Assembly: GCA_904378095.1 (NCBI GenBank)
Contig: CAJFHE010000007.1
Span: 5,457 to 69,456 of the forward strand
DNA: 64,000 bases
Direction of reading: 5' to 3'
DNA from: an uncultured Clostridia bacterium
GTDB lineage: Bacteria > Bacillota > Clostridia > TANB77 > CAG-508
Numbering within the stretch: position 1 is the stretch's first letter; the number at the start of each line of letters is the position of its first letter. Shown here piece by piece: positions 36,101 to 46,500 of the stretch. Made by a program: the position numbers and the translations under genes. Below the pieces are notes generated by a model. It was not told where the DNA came from, did no database searches, and was given only the letters and a program-made list of their open reading frames with translations.

Positions 36101-38101
36101 AATGCTCAATTAGACTTAGAGCTTAGCGACAATATAACAACATGGACAATTCAAACTGTAGGTAATACAAAAGATGGAAGAGTTGGCTATGGAATGATAG
36201 ATAATGTGCGAGTATTTAAAGAATTCTTTGTTGACTTCGAGCTTCCAACCAATTTAGTAGATGGCGACAAAGTAAGCATTCCAGTAACAGTATATAATTA
36301 TACAGACGAAGAAATTACTACAACTCTAAAGATAAACGAAGAAGATTGGTTTGAGTTAGAAGAAAATGATATTAATGTGACAGTCCAAGCATCAGGAGCA
36401 GAAATGGTGTATGTTCCAATTACCATAGCAGAAGTTGGAAATCACAAATTTAGAGTAGAAGTATCAAGTAATTCATTAACAGACATTGTAGAAAAAGAAT
36501 TGACCATATCTCCAAATGGATATAAAGTAGAAAAAGTAGTATCTACAGGAAGACTAGGAAATGATGTTTCAGAAGACATTTTGTTACTAGAAGATATGGT
36601 AGAGAACACAGGTACTGTGCATATCAAAATATATGCAAGCACAGTAGCACAAACAATAGAAGGAATGGACCAAATATTTAGAATGCCAACAGGTTGCTTT
36701 GAGCAGGTTTCATCAAGTCTATATCCAAATATATTGGCATTAAAATATTTACAAGATAATGGTATAGTAAATGAAGAAATAAAGGCTAAAGCTATTGAAT
36801 ATATATCATCAGGATACCAAAAACTTCTAACTTATGAAGTAAAAGGAGAAAGTGGTGGATATTCGCTATACGGACGCTCTCCAGCTGAAACAGTATTAAC
36901 ATCATATGGATTAATGCAACTTACAGATTTAAAAGACGTATATAATGTAGATGATGCAGTGATTAATAAAATGACTAACTTCTTATATGGTAAACAAAAC
37001 TCAAATGGATCATTTACAATAACAGGTTACAATGTGGCAGGATTGGGAACAAGAGAAAATTTAGCATTAAATGCATATATAACATGGGCGCTATCTGAAA
37101 GCAATCCAAGCCATGAAAAATTAGCTAAATCTATTGAATATTTAAAAGAAGAGATAGATGATGTTGATGACAACTATACGTTGGCATTAATTGCAAATGC
37201 ATTGGCAAATGTGGGAGACAAAGAAGCAGAAAATGTTGTAAAAAGATTAGTAAATAATGTGACAATAGACGGAAACAATGCTTATATCACATCTAATGTA
37301 AGAGATTACTATGGCTCGAGAGGAGATAATCAAACAATTCAGACAACTGCATTAACTTCAATAGCATTATCGAAGACGTCAATAAATGACAATGTCAATA
37401 AGATGCTTGTAAATTATTTAATAAGCAAAAAAGATGCTAGAGGAACATGGAATTCAACACAAGCTACAGCTCTTTCGCTTAAAGCAATAAACGAAATGAA
37501 TGAAAAAAATAGATTAGAAAACCAAACAATTACTGTAAGAGTAAATTCAGAAGAGCAAAAAATTGAAATAAAAGACAATGCACTAGATATTTATGAGCTC
37601 ACATTTACAGGATTAGGCAAAGAAAACAAATTAAATATTGATATTGAAAAAGGCAGTGCATATTATGAAGTCATAACAGAATATTATGTACCTTATGACA
37701 AAGTAGATACATCGGAAGACAAAATAGAGGTAAGTGTTGAGGCTAACGAAAGTGTAAAAGTAAATGAAGTATTGCAGGCAAAAATTAGACTTATAAATAG
37801 AAGCGATGAATCAATTTATAATGGAATGGTAACAATAAATATTCCTCAAGGCTTTACAGTACAAGAAGAAAGCCTAATGAGATTAGAAAGCAGAGGCATA
37901 ATAGAAAAATATGAGATTTCATATACATCAGTTAATTTATATTTAAGTGATTTTGAAAAATCTAGAATATTTAACTTAGATATTGATTTTAGAGCAGCTT
38001 ATCCAGTTGATATTACTGGCTTAGCAGTTAGAGCATATGACTATTACAATCCAGAAATAGAAGGGAAAGCAAAGCCAATTCACATCGTAGTAAGTGAATA
38101 A
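33167..38101 (+). CDS. alpha-2-macroglobulin family thioester protein with internal eight-helix membrane block
   Basis: N-terminal anchor and MG-like repeats. Eight predicted TMs at aa about 637-877 (35075-35797). Then NVFLES..FVPEL...DNITTWTIQ (FPExW/DSITTW-like) and thioester PTGCFEQ (36692-36706). Confidence 0.75.
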   Translation: MKKRVVKALLLLVLVVIIIIAIVNTYKWIVCGNQYIQISTAGKAYANSNLYVSVNAQENRVDLETKTKLKLLDSDGKRVKNAEVSYDGSNAVISIPDVEAGNYFIEAKVSSEAGVDTVEKEIYIADANQENITITFDKGIYKSGDEVNFRALITNKNDDTPVQREANICIYDGNDNKVYDETVNASEYGITSGTFTLADEVNSGIYKLVVKTNMAETTKQFKVNPYVTPKYEVQIDFDKDSYLVGDTAKINLNAEYFFGEPVSNANYTVYVNNTKIQDIVADADGRASVDYKVETAGKYSVKVEATDSSNFFVEETGNFAAGTDIFEVELQPEYNNLISGRQNNVYVFTSDAEGNPVKTYVTIFSNDFTKQIATDENGIGMFTIDIEATQNSGRTNYQDSKIFTIVAQNMEGETVQKSARLSIETSDLLISTNKVKYNQGEDININLSSVVENTKNIYFFKNDKLIKMLTTDSSDSTVNFGDIYGLIDIYVSADSSATRYDEDNLYKRTIFIKPEKKLNISINTDKQEYAPGDNISISFATTDENNNSVDSALLVSMLDNSVLNLADNDLSIDNIKLALSDIVFSDEFDAATLYSCIIDDASEQTLTGLLLKQSDRDANISETGIYNVEEEGNAAKIAIILWISIAIIIIIVLCVKLPKFREAMLHFLNCTIYVIVVTILVMSVLDEIAWSLLYDFAAGIMIAVLIVTAITYVIWVSKLDKKITRTSVSLLITSIIFMLAIFLIEEFDINIVILLLILVLIVLILVILSKVSETKNLKINKYMRKIGKEVIYICKFISALAISLFVGIIIERIIDIYLTGIPIAIVGTYFLNYLFNKLGKEEQTDDSQQFMNKRTYSFYILCVLACIGAVTICYFVISELSNSTMSSVDMSGPSSYEGDIADGFFGTTDTQSITGSGGISSILEGAQDFLSGRDENTITESTEEETSTPTVETVVDDNIRNVFLESMCFVPELVTSNGNAQLDLELSDNITTWTIQTVGNTKDGRVGYGMIDNVRVFKEFFVDFELPTNLVDGDKVSIPVTVYNYTDEEITTTLKINEEDWFELEENDINVTVQASGAEMVYVPITIAEVGNHKFRVEVSSNSLTDIVEKELTISPNGYKVEKVVSTGRLGNDVSEDILLLEDMVENTGTVHIKIYASTVAQTIEGMDQIFRMPTGCFEQVSSSLYPNILALKYLQDNGIVNEEIKAKAIEYISSGYQKLLTYEVKGESGGYSLYGRSPAETVLTSYGLMQLTDLKDVYNVDDAVINKMTNFLYGKQNSNGSFTITGYNVAGLGTRENLALNAYITWALSESNPSHEKLAKSIEYLKEEIDDVDDNYTLALIANALANVGDKEAENVVKRLVNNVTIDGNNAYITSNVRDYYGSRGDNQTIQTTALTSIALSKTSINDNVNKMLVNYLISKKDARGTWNSTQATALSLKAINEMNEKNRLENQTITVRVNSEEQKIEIKDNALDIYELTFTGLGKENKLNIDIEKGSAYYEVITEYYVPYDKVDTSEDKIEVSVEANESVKVNEVLQAKIRLINRSDESIYNGMVTINIPQGFTVQEESLMRLESRGIIEKYEISYTSVNLYLSDFEKSRIFNLDIDFRAAYPVDITGLAVRAYDYYNPEIEGKAKPIHIVVSE

Positions 38102-38107
38102 AATATG

Positions 38108-38146
38108 ACATCTTGTTTTTGGGGACGGAGGAAAAAAACAAGATTT
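38108..38146 (+). repeat. F1 element
   Basis: ACATCTTGTTTTTGGGGACGGAGGAAAAAAACAAGATTT, 7 nt after the A2M stop. Confidence 0.9.
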
Positions 38147-38192
38147 TAATGGGGTAGATTTTAAATCTGCTCCATTTACTTTACTGAATTTT

Positions 38193-38236
38193 AGTGAAAC
38201 ACTGGGGCAGGTTTGAAACAGTCACCTGTGTCTCAT
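38193..38236 (+). repeat. F2 element, degenerate
   Basis: AGTGAAACACTGGGGCAGGTTTGAAACAGTCACCTGTGTCTCAT. Confidence 0.55.
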
Positions 38237-38241
38237 TATTT

Positions 38242-38317
38242 TTGATTTTGTACAAAACGAACACTATATTATTCTTGATTTTGTGCAAAATAAGCCTTGC
38301 ACTATTCTTGATTTTGT
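38242..38317 (+). promoter_or_regulatory. three direct TTGATTTTGT repeats at exact 33-bp spacing upstream of the AAA ATPase gene
   Basis: Copies at 38242, 38275 and 38308, with TATAAT at 38325-38330. Confidence 0.5.
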
Positions 38318-38355
38318 GATAGACTATAATTAATTATAGAAAAGAGGATTGATTA

Positions 38356-39708
38356 ATGAAAAGAAAAATATATAATAATATTTTAAATTGGAAAAAAGAA
38401 AGCCAAGGAAAAACAGCTTTGTTAGTTGAAGGAGCTAGGCGTGTTGGCAAAAGTTATATAGTAGAAGAATTCGCAAAAAAAAATTACAAAAGCTATATAC
38501 TAATAGACTTTTCAAAAGTGCCAAATGAAGTAAAAGAATTATTTGACAACTATTTAGATAACTTAGACTATTTATTTACTTACATTTCTAATTACTATGG
38601 TAAGAAATTATATGAACGCGATACATTATTTATTTTTGACGAAATACAGTTTTGTCCAAAAGCAAGAGGAGCTATAAAACATTTAGTGGCAGATGGTAGG
38701 TATGATTATATAGAAACAGGCTCATTAATTTCAATTAAGAAAAATGTTAAAGATATTTTAATTCCATCAGAAGAAGAAATGATAAAAATAAATCCGATGG
38801 ATTTTGAAGAATTCCTATGGGCAATGGGAAACGATACTTTAATGGATTTCATTAGAGAATGTTACAAAAATAAGAAACCAATGGGTCAAATACTTCATAG
38901 AAAAGCAATGGATTATTTTAAGGAATATCTGATTGTTGGTGGTATGCCACAAGCTGTGTTAGAATATAGCACATCGCGTGATTTTGAAAAAACAGATAAG
39001 ATAAAAAGAAATATTTTGAACTTATATAGAGAAGATATTAGAAAATATACAGATGACTTAAATCTAAAAGTTGAGCAAATATTTGATACAATTCCATCTC
39101 AATTACAAAAACATGAAAAAAAATTCAATATTTCTGCTTTGGACGATAATGCTAGATATAGAAATTTTGAGGGGGCATTTTATTGGTTATCTGATGCATG
39201 TTTAATTAATATTGCACGTAATACAACAGAGCCCAATATTGGGCTAGGACAAAGAATAGATAATAACAGCCTTAAATGTTATTTATTTGATACAGGATTA
39301 TTGATATCCATGACATTTGATGAAAGAGATATCATAAATGAGGAAATTTACAAGAAAATTTTATTTGATAAATTATCATTTAACGAAGGTATGGTATTAG
39401 AAAACATTGTATCTCAAATGCTAGTAGCAAAAGGCAGGAAGTTATATTTCTTCTCAAAAAATGATAGGGAGAATTCAACTGAAACTATGGAAATAGACTT
39501 TTTAATCTCATCTAATAAAGTAACATCTAAACATAATATTATACCAATAGAAGTAAAATCTGGGGAAAGATATACATTTTCTTCACTAGAAAAATTAAAT
39601 AGTAAGTATAAAGATTATTTGGACGAATCGATTATTATTCATACAAAAGATTTGAAAGAAGAAGATGGAATATTATATCTTCCAGTCTATATGACGGGTT
39701 TGTTATAA
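38356..39708 (+). CDS. AAA-family ATPase (AAA_14 plus DUF4143-type architecture)
   Basis: Walker A EGARRVGKS, Walker B LFIFDEIQ. Length and pattern are typical of this family. Confidence 0.7.
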   Translation: MKRKIYNNILNWKKESQGKTALLVEGARRVGKSYIVEEFAKKNYKSYILIDFSKVPNEVKELFDNYLDNLDYLFTYISNYYGKKLYERDTLFIFDEIQFCPKARGAIKHLVADGRYDYIETGSLISIKKNVKDILIPSEEEMIKINPMDFEEFLWAMGNDTLMDFIRECYKNKKPMGQILHRKAMDYFKEYLIVGGMPQAVLEYSTSRDFEKTDKIKRNILNLYREDIRKYTDDLNLKVEQIFDTIPSQLQKHEKKFNISALDDNARYRNFEGAFYWLSDACLINIARNTTEPNIGLGQRIDNNSLKCYLFDTGLLISMTFDERDIINEEIYKKILFDKLSFNEGMVLENIVSQMLVAKGRKLYFFSKNDRENSTETMEIDFLISSNKVTSKHNIIPIEVKSGERYTFSSLEKLNSKYKDYLDESIIIHTKDLKEEDGILYLPVYMTGLL

Positions 39709-39774
39709 TTTTAAATTATATTATTGAATAAAACCTACAAATAGGCATATACATATACGAAGAGAGGTATGTAT

Positions 39775-40506
39775 ATGCTTATTTTAAGTAAAAAAAGAAT
39801 AGCAATAATTTTGTGCATGGTATGTGTATCTTTGTATGCATTTTCTTTTAAAATTGCAAATAATATGACGGATATAACAACAGAAAAAACAGCAGAGACA
39901 GTAGCTACGCCTGTCTCTAATAAGGTGGTTATAGTAGATGCAGGACATGGAACCCCAGATGAAGGGGCAGAAAGCAATAGTGGCACGACAGAAGCGGAAT
40001 TAAATTTAAAAATAGCATTAAAATTACAGAATCTTTTAGAGCAAAGCGGATGTACAGTTTTACTTACACGCTCAGATGAAAATTCAATTTATGATGCAGG
40101 CTCAGACACAATAAGAGAAAAGAAAGTGTCAGATATTCATAATAGAGTAAAATTAGGAAATGAGTCAAGTGCAGATGTGTTCGTATCCATACATTTAAAT
40201 AAAATTCCACAGCAGAAATATGATGGATGGCAAACTTTTTATAACACTAGAAATGAAAATAGCAAGCTTTTAGCAACATATATTCAAAATAATTTAAATG
40301 ATGCGATACAAAAAGAAAACAACAGAATTCCTGCACAGCTTACAACAGTATATCTAATGAAATATGTAGAAATACCTATAACAATTGTAGAATGTGGATT
40401 TTTATCAAATCCAACAGAAGAGCAATTACTTCAAACAGATGAATATCAAGATAAGTTAGCGTGGGGAATTTACAACGGAATTGCAGATTATTTTTATGAG
40501 CAATAA
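39775..40506 (+). CDS. cwlD: N-acetylmuramoyl-L-alanine amidase, CwlD-type
   Basis: TM anchor. VVIVDAGHGTPDEGAES..GTTEAELNLKIALKL..LTRSDE, IHLN, ECGFLSNPTEE. Confidence 0.75.
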   Translation: MLILSKKRIAIILCMVCVSLYAFSFKIANNMTDITTEKTAETVATPVSNKVVIVDAGHGTPDEGAESNSGTTEAELNLKIALKLQNLLEQSGCTVLLTRSDENSIYDAGSDTIREKKVSDIHNRVKLGNESSADVFVSIHLNKIPQQKYDGWQTFYNTRNENSKLLATYIQNNLNDAIQKENNRIPAQLTTVYLMKYVEIPITIVECGFLSNPTEEQLLQTDEYQDKLAWGIYNGIADYFYEQ

Positions 40507-40574
40507 AAACTTGAATAAAAAATACATTTCTTGGGAAAAATATGTAAAAACATATTTACAAGGAGTGTATTTTT

Positions 40575-43500
40575 TTGAAAAGCTATAAAATTTTAAATAC
40601 AAAGGGTGCCGTATTAGATAAATATCAATTAGAGCAATATTTAGAAAAACTAGCATCAGACCATATATTAAAAGAAAAATCAGATAAAAATACGTATCCT
40701 ATTCCTAGAATGCAAGAAAATTTTGCAGCAATTACAGAGGTATATAACTTATTAAATGAGCATATTAAGCTAAAAATACCTATACATCCAGCAGGTGAGT
40801 GGCTTTTAGACAATTATTATATTATTGAAGAAACTGTAAAAAACATAGAAAAAGAATTGACATTAAAGAAGTACAAAAACTTTTTAGGAATAGCCAATGG
40901 AACAAATTATGGATTTGCCAGAATTTACGTGCTTGCTACAGAAATTGTCTCTTACACGGATGGTAATATAGAGGGCAAGCTTTTAACTGATTTACTTAGA
41001 GCGTATCAAGAGAAAAAGAAGCTTAGCATGGAGGAAATATGGAATATAGGTGTATTTCTTCAAATTGCATTAATAGAAAATATTAGGCAAATCTGTGAGA
41101 GTATCTATTCTGTCCAGATTCAAAAATATAAAGTTGAGAATATCATAGAAAGACTAATAGAAAACAAGTCGAAAGAGGAGCTACAGTTTAACAAACTAAA
41201 CGAATACAAAACTAAAGTAAAAGAATATGGCGAAATGAAATATCCATTCATAGAATATATGTCATATAAATTAAGGCAGTTTGGGAAAAAAGCATATCCG
41301 TTTTTAAATATTTTGGAAGAGCAAGTAAACAAAATGGGTATAGAGATTTCAGAAGTTATTAAAAAAGAGCATTTTGATATTGCAGTAAAAAAAGTATCCA
41401 TGGGAAATTCTATTACAAGTATAAAAAACATACAAAGAATTAACTTTATAGATATTTTTGAAGAGATAAATCAAGTTGACGACATATTAAAGCAAGACCC
41501 AGCAAATGTTTATGAGCAGATGGATTATAAAACTAAGATATACTACAGAAATAAGATACAAGAAATTTCTAAAAAAACAAAGATTTCAGAAATTTATATT
41601 GCAAGAAAATGCCTAGAGTTAGCTGAAGGAAAGCAAGGCAAAAAAGCCCACATTGGATATTACTTAATAGATAGTGGTAATAAAGAGTTAATGGAAAGTT
41701 TGCAAAATAAAAAGATAAACACATGGACCAATAATAAAAAGATAGGAATATATATTGTGGTAAAAGTGCTAACTAGTCTTGCAATATCTATTGGATTAGG
41801 TGGATATGTATTTGCACAAACTCAAAGTATTTGGCTTTGGATATTCACAGCAATATTGTTGTATATACCAATAGAAATTATTTTTATCCAAATAGTACAA
41901 CATATATTAAGCAAAATTATAAAGCCAAAATTAATACCAAAAATGGATTTGCAAAATGGCGTGCCAGCAGAAGATGCCACATTTGTAGTTATACCAACCA
42001 TTATAAGCAAAGAAGAAAAGCTAAAAGAAATGATGAAAAAGCTAGAAGTGTATTATATTGCCAATAAAAGTGATAATATATATTTTGCACTTTTAGCAGA
42101 TGTGACAAGTAGCGATAAAAAAGAGGAAGAATGGGACGAAAAAATAGCTTCCCTGGGAATAGAGCTTGCTAAAAAATTAAATCAAAAATATCCAGATGAG
42201 AATTTCCCTAAATTCCACTTTTTATATAGGAAAAGAGAGTGGAATGATAAAGAAGAGTGTTATCTAGGCTGGGAGCGTAAAAGAGGATTATTAACACAAT
42301 TTAATGAGTACATTTTGCAGAATAATAGAAATTTACAACATGATTTCTACGTAAACACCATAGACTTAGAAAAATTGCCCAAAATCAAGTATGTAATAAC
42401 ATTAGATGCAGACACAGAGCTTGTGCTAAATACAGGGTTAGAGCTAATTGGAGCGATGTCACACATTTTAAATAAACCAGAAGTGGAAAATGGAGTTGTA
42501 AAAAGCGGACATGGCATTATACAGCCACGTGTAGGGATTACCTTAGAAGCCAGCCGGTAGAAGCAAATTTACAAAAATATATTCTGGCTCTGCCGGTACA
42601 GATTCGTACACAAATGCAATATCTGATGTGTACCAAGATAATTTTGAAGAAGGCATTTATACAGGAAAAGGAATATACGATTTACAAGTTTTTGCTAATG
42701 TCCTAGAGAAACAAATACCAGAAAATACGGTCCTTAGTCACGATTTGCTAGAAGGCTCGTACTTAAGATGTGGACTATCATCAGATATTATGCTTATGGA
42801 TGGATACCCAACTTCGTATGCAGCTTTTAAAACAAGACTTAGCAGATGGACAAGAGGGGATTGGCAAATAATAAGATGGCTTAAGGGAAAAATAAAAGAT
42901 AAAGACGGAAAAGAAAATAAAAATCCTTTAGGGTTACTATCTAAATACAAAATCTTAAACAACCTAGTAAAAAGTGTGTTTGAGCCGGTTGCAGTTATGG
43001 CTATATTATTCTTAATAGGATTAGACATTATAGCAAGTATAAAAATTTGGCCATTAATGTCAGTGATTATCGTATCTGCAATAATTCCTTCAATTCTAGA
43101 AATAATAAATAGAATAATATACAAAAAAGAAGGAGAAAGTGGTCAAAGAACTTTCTATAAATCTATATCTGGTGTTAAAGCAAGCATTATTAGAGCTCTT
43201 TTAGAGATAGGTACATTACCAGACAAAGCCTATACAATGGTAAAAGCAATAGCTAAAACATTATACAGATTGCTAATTAGTAAAAAGCATTTATTAGAAT
43301 GGACTACTGCAGAAGAAGCGGAGAAAAACTCAAAAACAGATATAGTTTCTTATTATAAAAATATGTGGCCAAATCTAGTATTAGGAGTCATTTTGTTGCT
43401 ACTTTCGTATGCAAATCCATGGGTTATAATTTTATCACTAGGGTGGATTATTACTCCTAGCGTAATGAAGCTCATTAGTAAAAAAGAAAAATATACGCCT

Positions 43501-46500
43501 GCAATAGAGTATTTAAGCCAGAAAGACAAGGAGTACATGCTAGAAATAGGAAGAAGAACATGGAGCTATTTTAAGGAGAACTTAACAGAAAAATCCAACT
43601 TCTTACCACCAGATAATTATCAAGAAGACAGAAAAGAGCAGCTTATATATAGAACTTCTCCTACAAATATAGGGTTAGCACTTTTAGCAGTAGTTTCTAG
43701 TTATGATTTGGGTTACGAAAATCTAGAAGATACAATTTCGCTATTATCTAAAATGATAGAAATTATAGCAAAACTTCAAAAATGGAATGGACACCTATAC
43801 AACTGGTATGATTTAACAACATTGGAGCCATTATCTCCAAAGTATGTATCAACTGTGGATAGCGGAAACTTTATAGGGTATTTATACACACTAAAGCAAT
43901 TTTTACAAGACATTTTAAAAGAAATTGGAGAAGGCAAAATAAATCAACTAATTGCTAATAGAAGAAAAGAAGCAGAGTTTATACAAACTAAAAAAAATAA
44001 AGAAGGAGCAAATGAAAATGGCGAGAATAACAACTTTACAAATGTGCAAAGTGTGGAAAGTGATAAAGAAAAAGAAGAACAAACTGCAAGTGAAGACAAA
44101 AAATATAATATAAATGATGAAGAAATAAAAAAATATGAAACAAACAAAAAAGATAAACAAGATTTAACCGAAACAATCAATTACATGATAAACATAATTG
44201 ACAACACGATAGATGGCACAGACTTCAGATACCTCTACAGCGAAGAAAATAGAATTTTCTCAATTGGCTTTAATGTAGAAGACAACTCTTTAACTCCTTC
44301 ATATTATGATTTGCTAGCATCAGAAGCAAGACAGGCAAGCTTAATAGCAATTGCTAAAAAAGACGTGCCAGCAAAGCATTGGTATAACTTAAGCAGAACA
44401 CTTACTGTGCTTAACAAATACAAAGGCCTTATTTCGTGGTCAGGTACAGCGTTTGAATATTTAATGCCAAATGTAAATATACCAAAATATCCAGGCAGCA
44501 TTATAAGTGAATCTAGCCTATTTGCAATTATGTCACAACAAGAATATGCCAAAAAGCTAAATATTCCATGGGGAATTTCTGAAGCGGCTTTTAATTTGCG
44601 AGATTTGAATAATAATTATCAGTATAAGGCATTTGGAATTCCTTGGCTAGGCCTAAAAAGAGGATTAGCAGACGAGATGGTTGTGTCATCTTATGGAGCA
44701 ATGCTTGCAATAAATGATTTTCCAGAAGAGACTATAAAAAACTTAAAAGAATTAGAAAAAGAGGGAATGTATGACAAATATGGATTTTACGAATCAATTG
44801 ATTATACACCAAGTAGACTAAAAAAGAGAGAAACAAGTGCAATTGTAAAAACATATATGGCACATCATCAAGGGTTAATTCTGCTTTCCATCGACAATTT
44901 GTTTAACACAAATATTTTACAAAAACGATTTATGGAAAATCCAGAAATGCAATCAGTAGAAATATTACTAGAAGAAAAAATGCCAGACAATGTAATTATC
45001 ACCAAAGAGCAAAAAGAAAAAGTAGAGAAAGTTAAAAATATAGATTACGAAACATATGCAGTAAGAGAGTATAACAAGCCATTTGATAAACTAAAACATA
45101 TAAATATTATATCAAATGAGGACTACTCTGTAATAATAGACCAAAAAGGAGACGGCTATAGCAAATACAAGGACATTGTTATTAATAGATTTAAGAAAAC
45201 AGATGAGCTACAAGAGGGTATTCATTTCTTCTTTAAAAACATTAAGACAAAAAGAATATGGTCATCTGCTCAAATGAATTATCTTGCAGCAGCAGATAAA
45301 TATGCAGCATATTTTTCGCCAGATAGCAGTAAATTTGTAAGGCTTGATGGAGGAATAGAAACAACTACAAAAATTAGTGTTATGCCAAATAGTCCAGTAG
45401 AGATTAGAAGAGTAGAGTTAAAAAACTTAGGAAATTCAGAGGAAACCATAGAGGTAAACTCGTATATAGAGCCAATTCTCTCTTCACTAGAGCAAGACTA
45501 TTCGCATAAAGCATTTAACAATTTGTTTTTGACTTTTGAATTTTTGGAAGATACAAACACAATTCTAGTAAAGAGAAAGTCAAGGGATAACAATACAAAG
45601 GACATGTACATGGCTGTAAATTTATATACAGAGGACGATACAATTGGAGAATTAGAGTATGAATTAGATAAAGAAAAATTTGTGGGAAGACAAAATGTAG
45701 AGCTCCCTGTAGCAGTTCAAAATTCTGCTCCATTAACCAGAAGAGTCCAAAGAACCACCGAGCCAATTATAGCTATGAGGAGGACAATTAAAATACTGCC
45801 TAGCGAAAAAGTGGTGTTAAACCTTATCATTTCAGTGTCAAAGCAAAGAGAAGAAGCAATAAATAATGTTAGAGAAAACATGAATAACGAAAAAATTATA
45901 AGGAATATGAATTTGGCTAAAGCAAAGGTCGAAGCGGAATCGCTATATGTTGGAGTAAAGGCAGTAGACATAGAAAAATACCAAAACATGGCGAAATATC
46001 TAATTTATCAAAATCCGTTAAAGCTATTAATGTATAAAGGTAAAATTCCAGAAGAGGCACCAGTAGCAGAATTATGGAAGTATGGAATATCTGGAGATTT
46101 GCCAATTCTCCTTGTAAAAATAAAAGATGTTAGTGATATCTATGTGGTCAAAGACTGTATTAAAGCATATGAATATTTTAGAGTTAAAAATATAAAAATA
46201 GATTTAGTAATTTTAAATGAAGAGAAAAAAACGTATGAGAACTATGTTTACGAAGAAATAATGAATGCGATTTTAGATAGTAATTTGGCATATATGCAAA
46301 ACCAAAAAGGTGGAATATTTGTTTTAAGCAATCTAGAAAAAAATGCCAAGAGAATACTAGAATATAGAGCCAACTTGTTGATTAATGCTCAACTTGGAAA
46401 TGTGTCTAGACAGATAAAAGACTATGAGGAGGAATATCTAGACAGCATAAAAGAAATGGGAGAAGAAGTAGAAGCAATACCAATTTTAGAGGAAGAAGTG

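Noticed and set aside
25592-39708. Integrated element with att sites at tRNA-Cys
   Set aside because: I looked for a downstream direct repeat of the tRNA-Cys 3' end (GGTTCGAATCCGGGTGTCGCCTCCA) and for an integrase, and found neither by eye. The island idea is kept only as a low-confidence inference.
40536-40555. Palindrome AAATATGT-AAAA-ACATATTT upstream of the glucan synthase gene as a member of the TTACA array family
   Set aside because: Its half-site (TATGT) differs from (A/G)TTACA and it occurs only once, so it is compatible with chance in AT-rich DNA.
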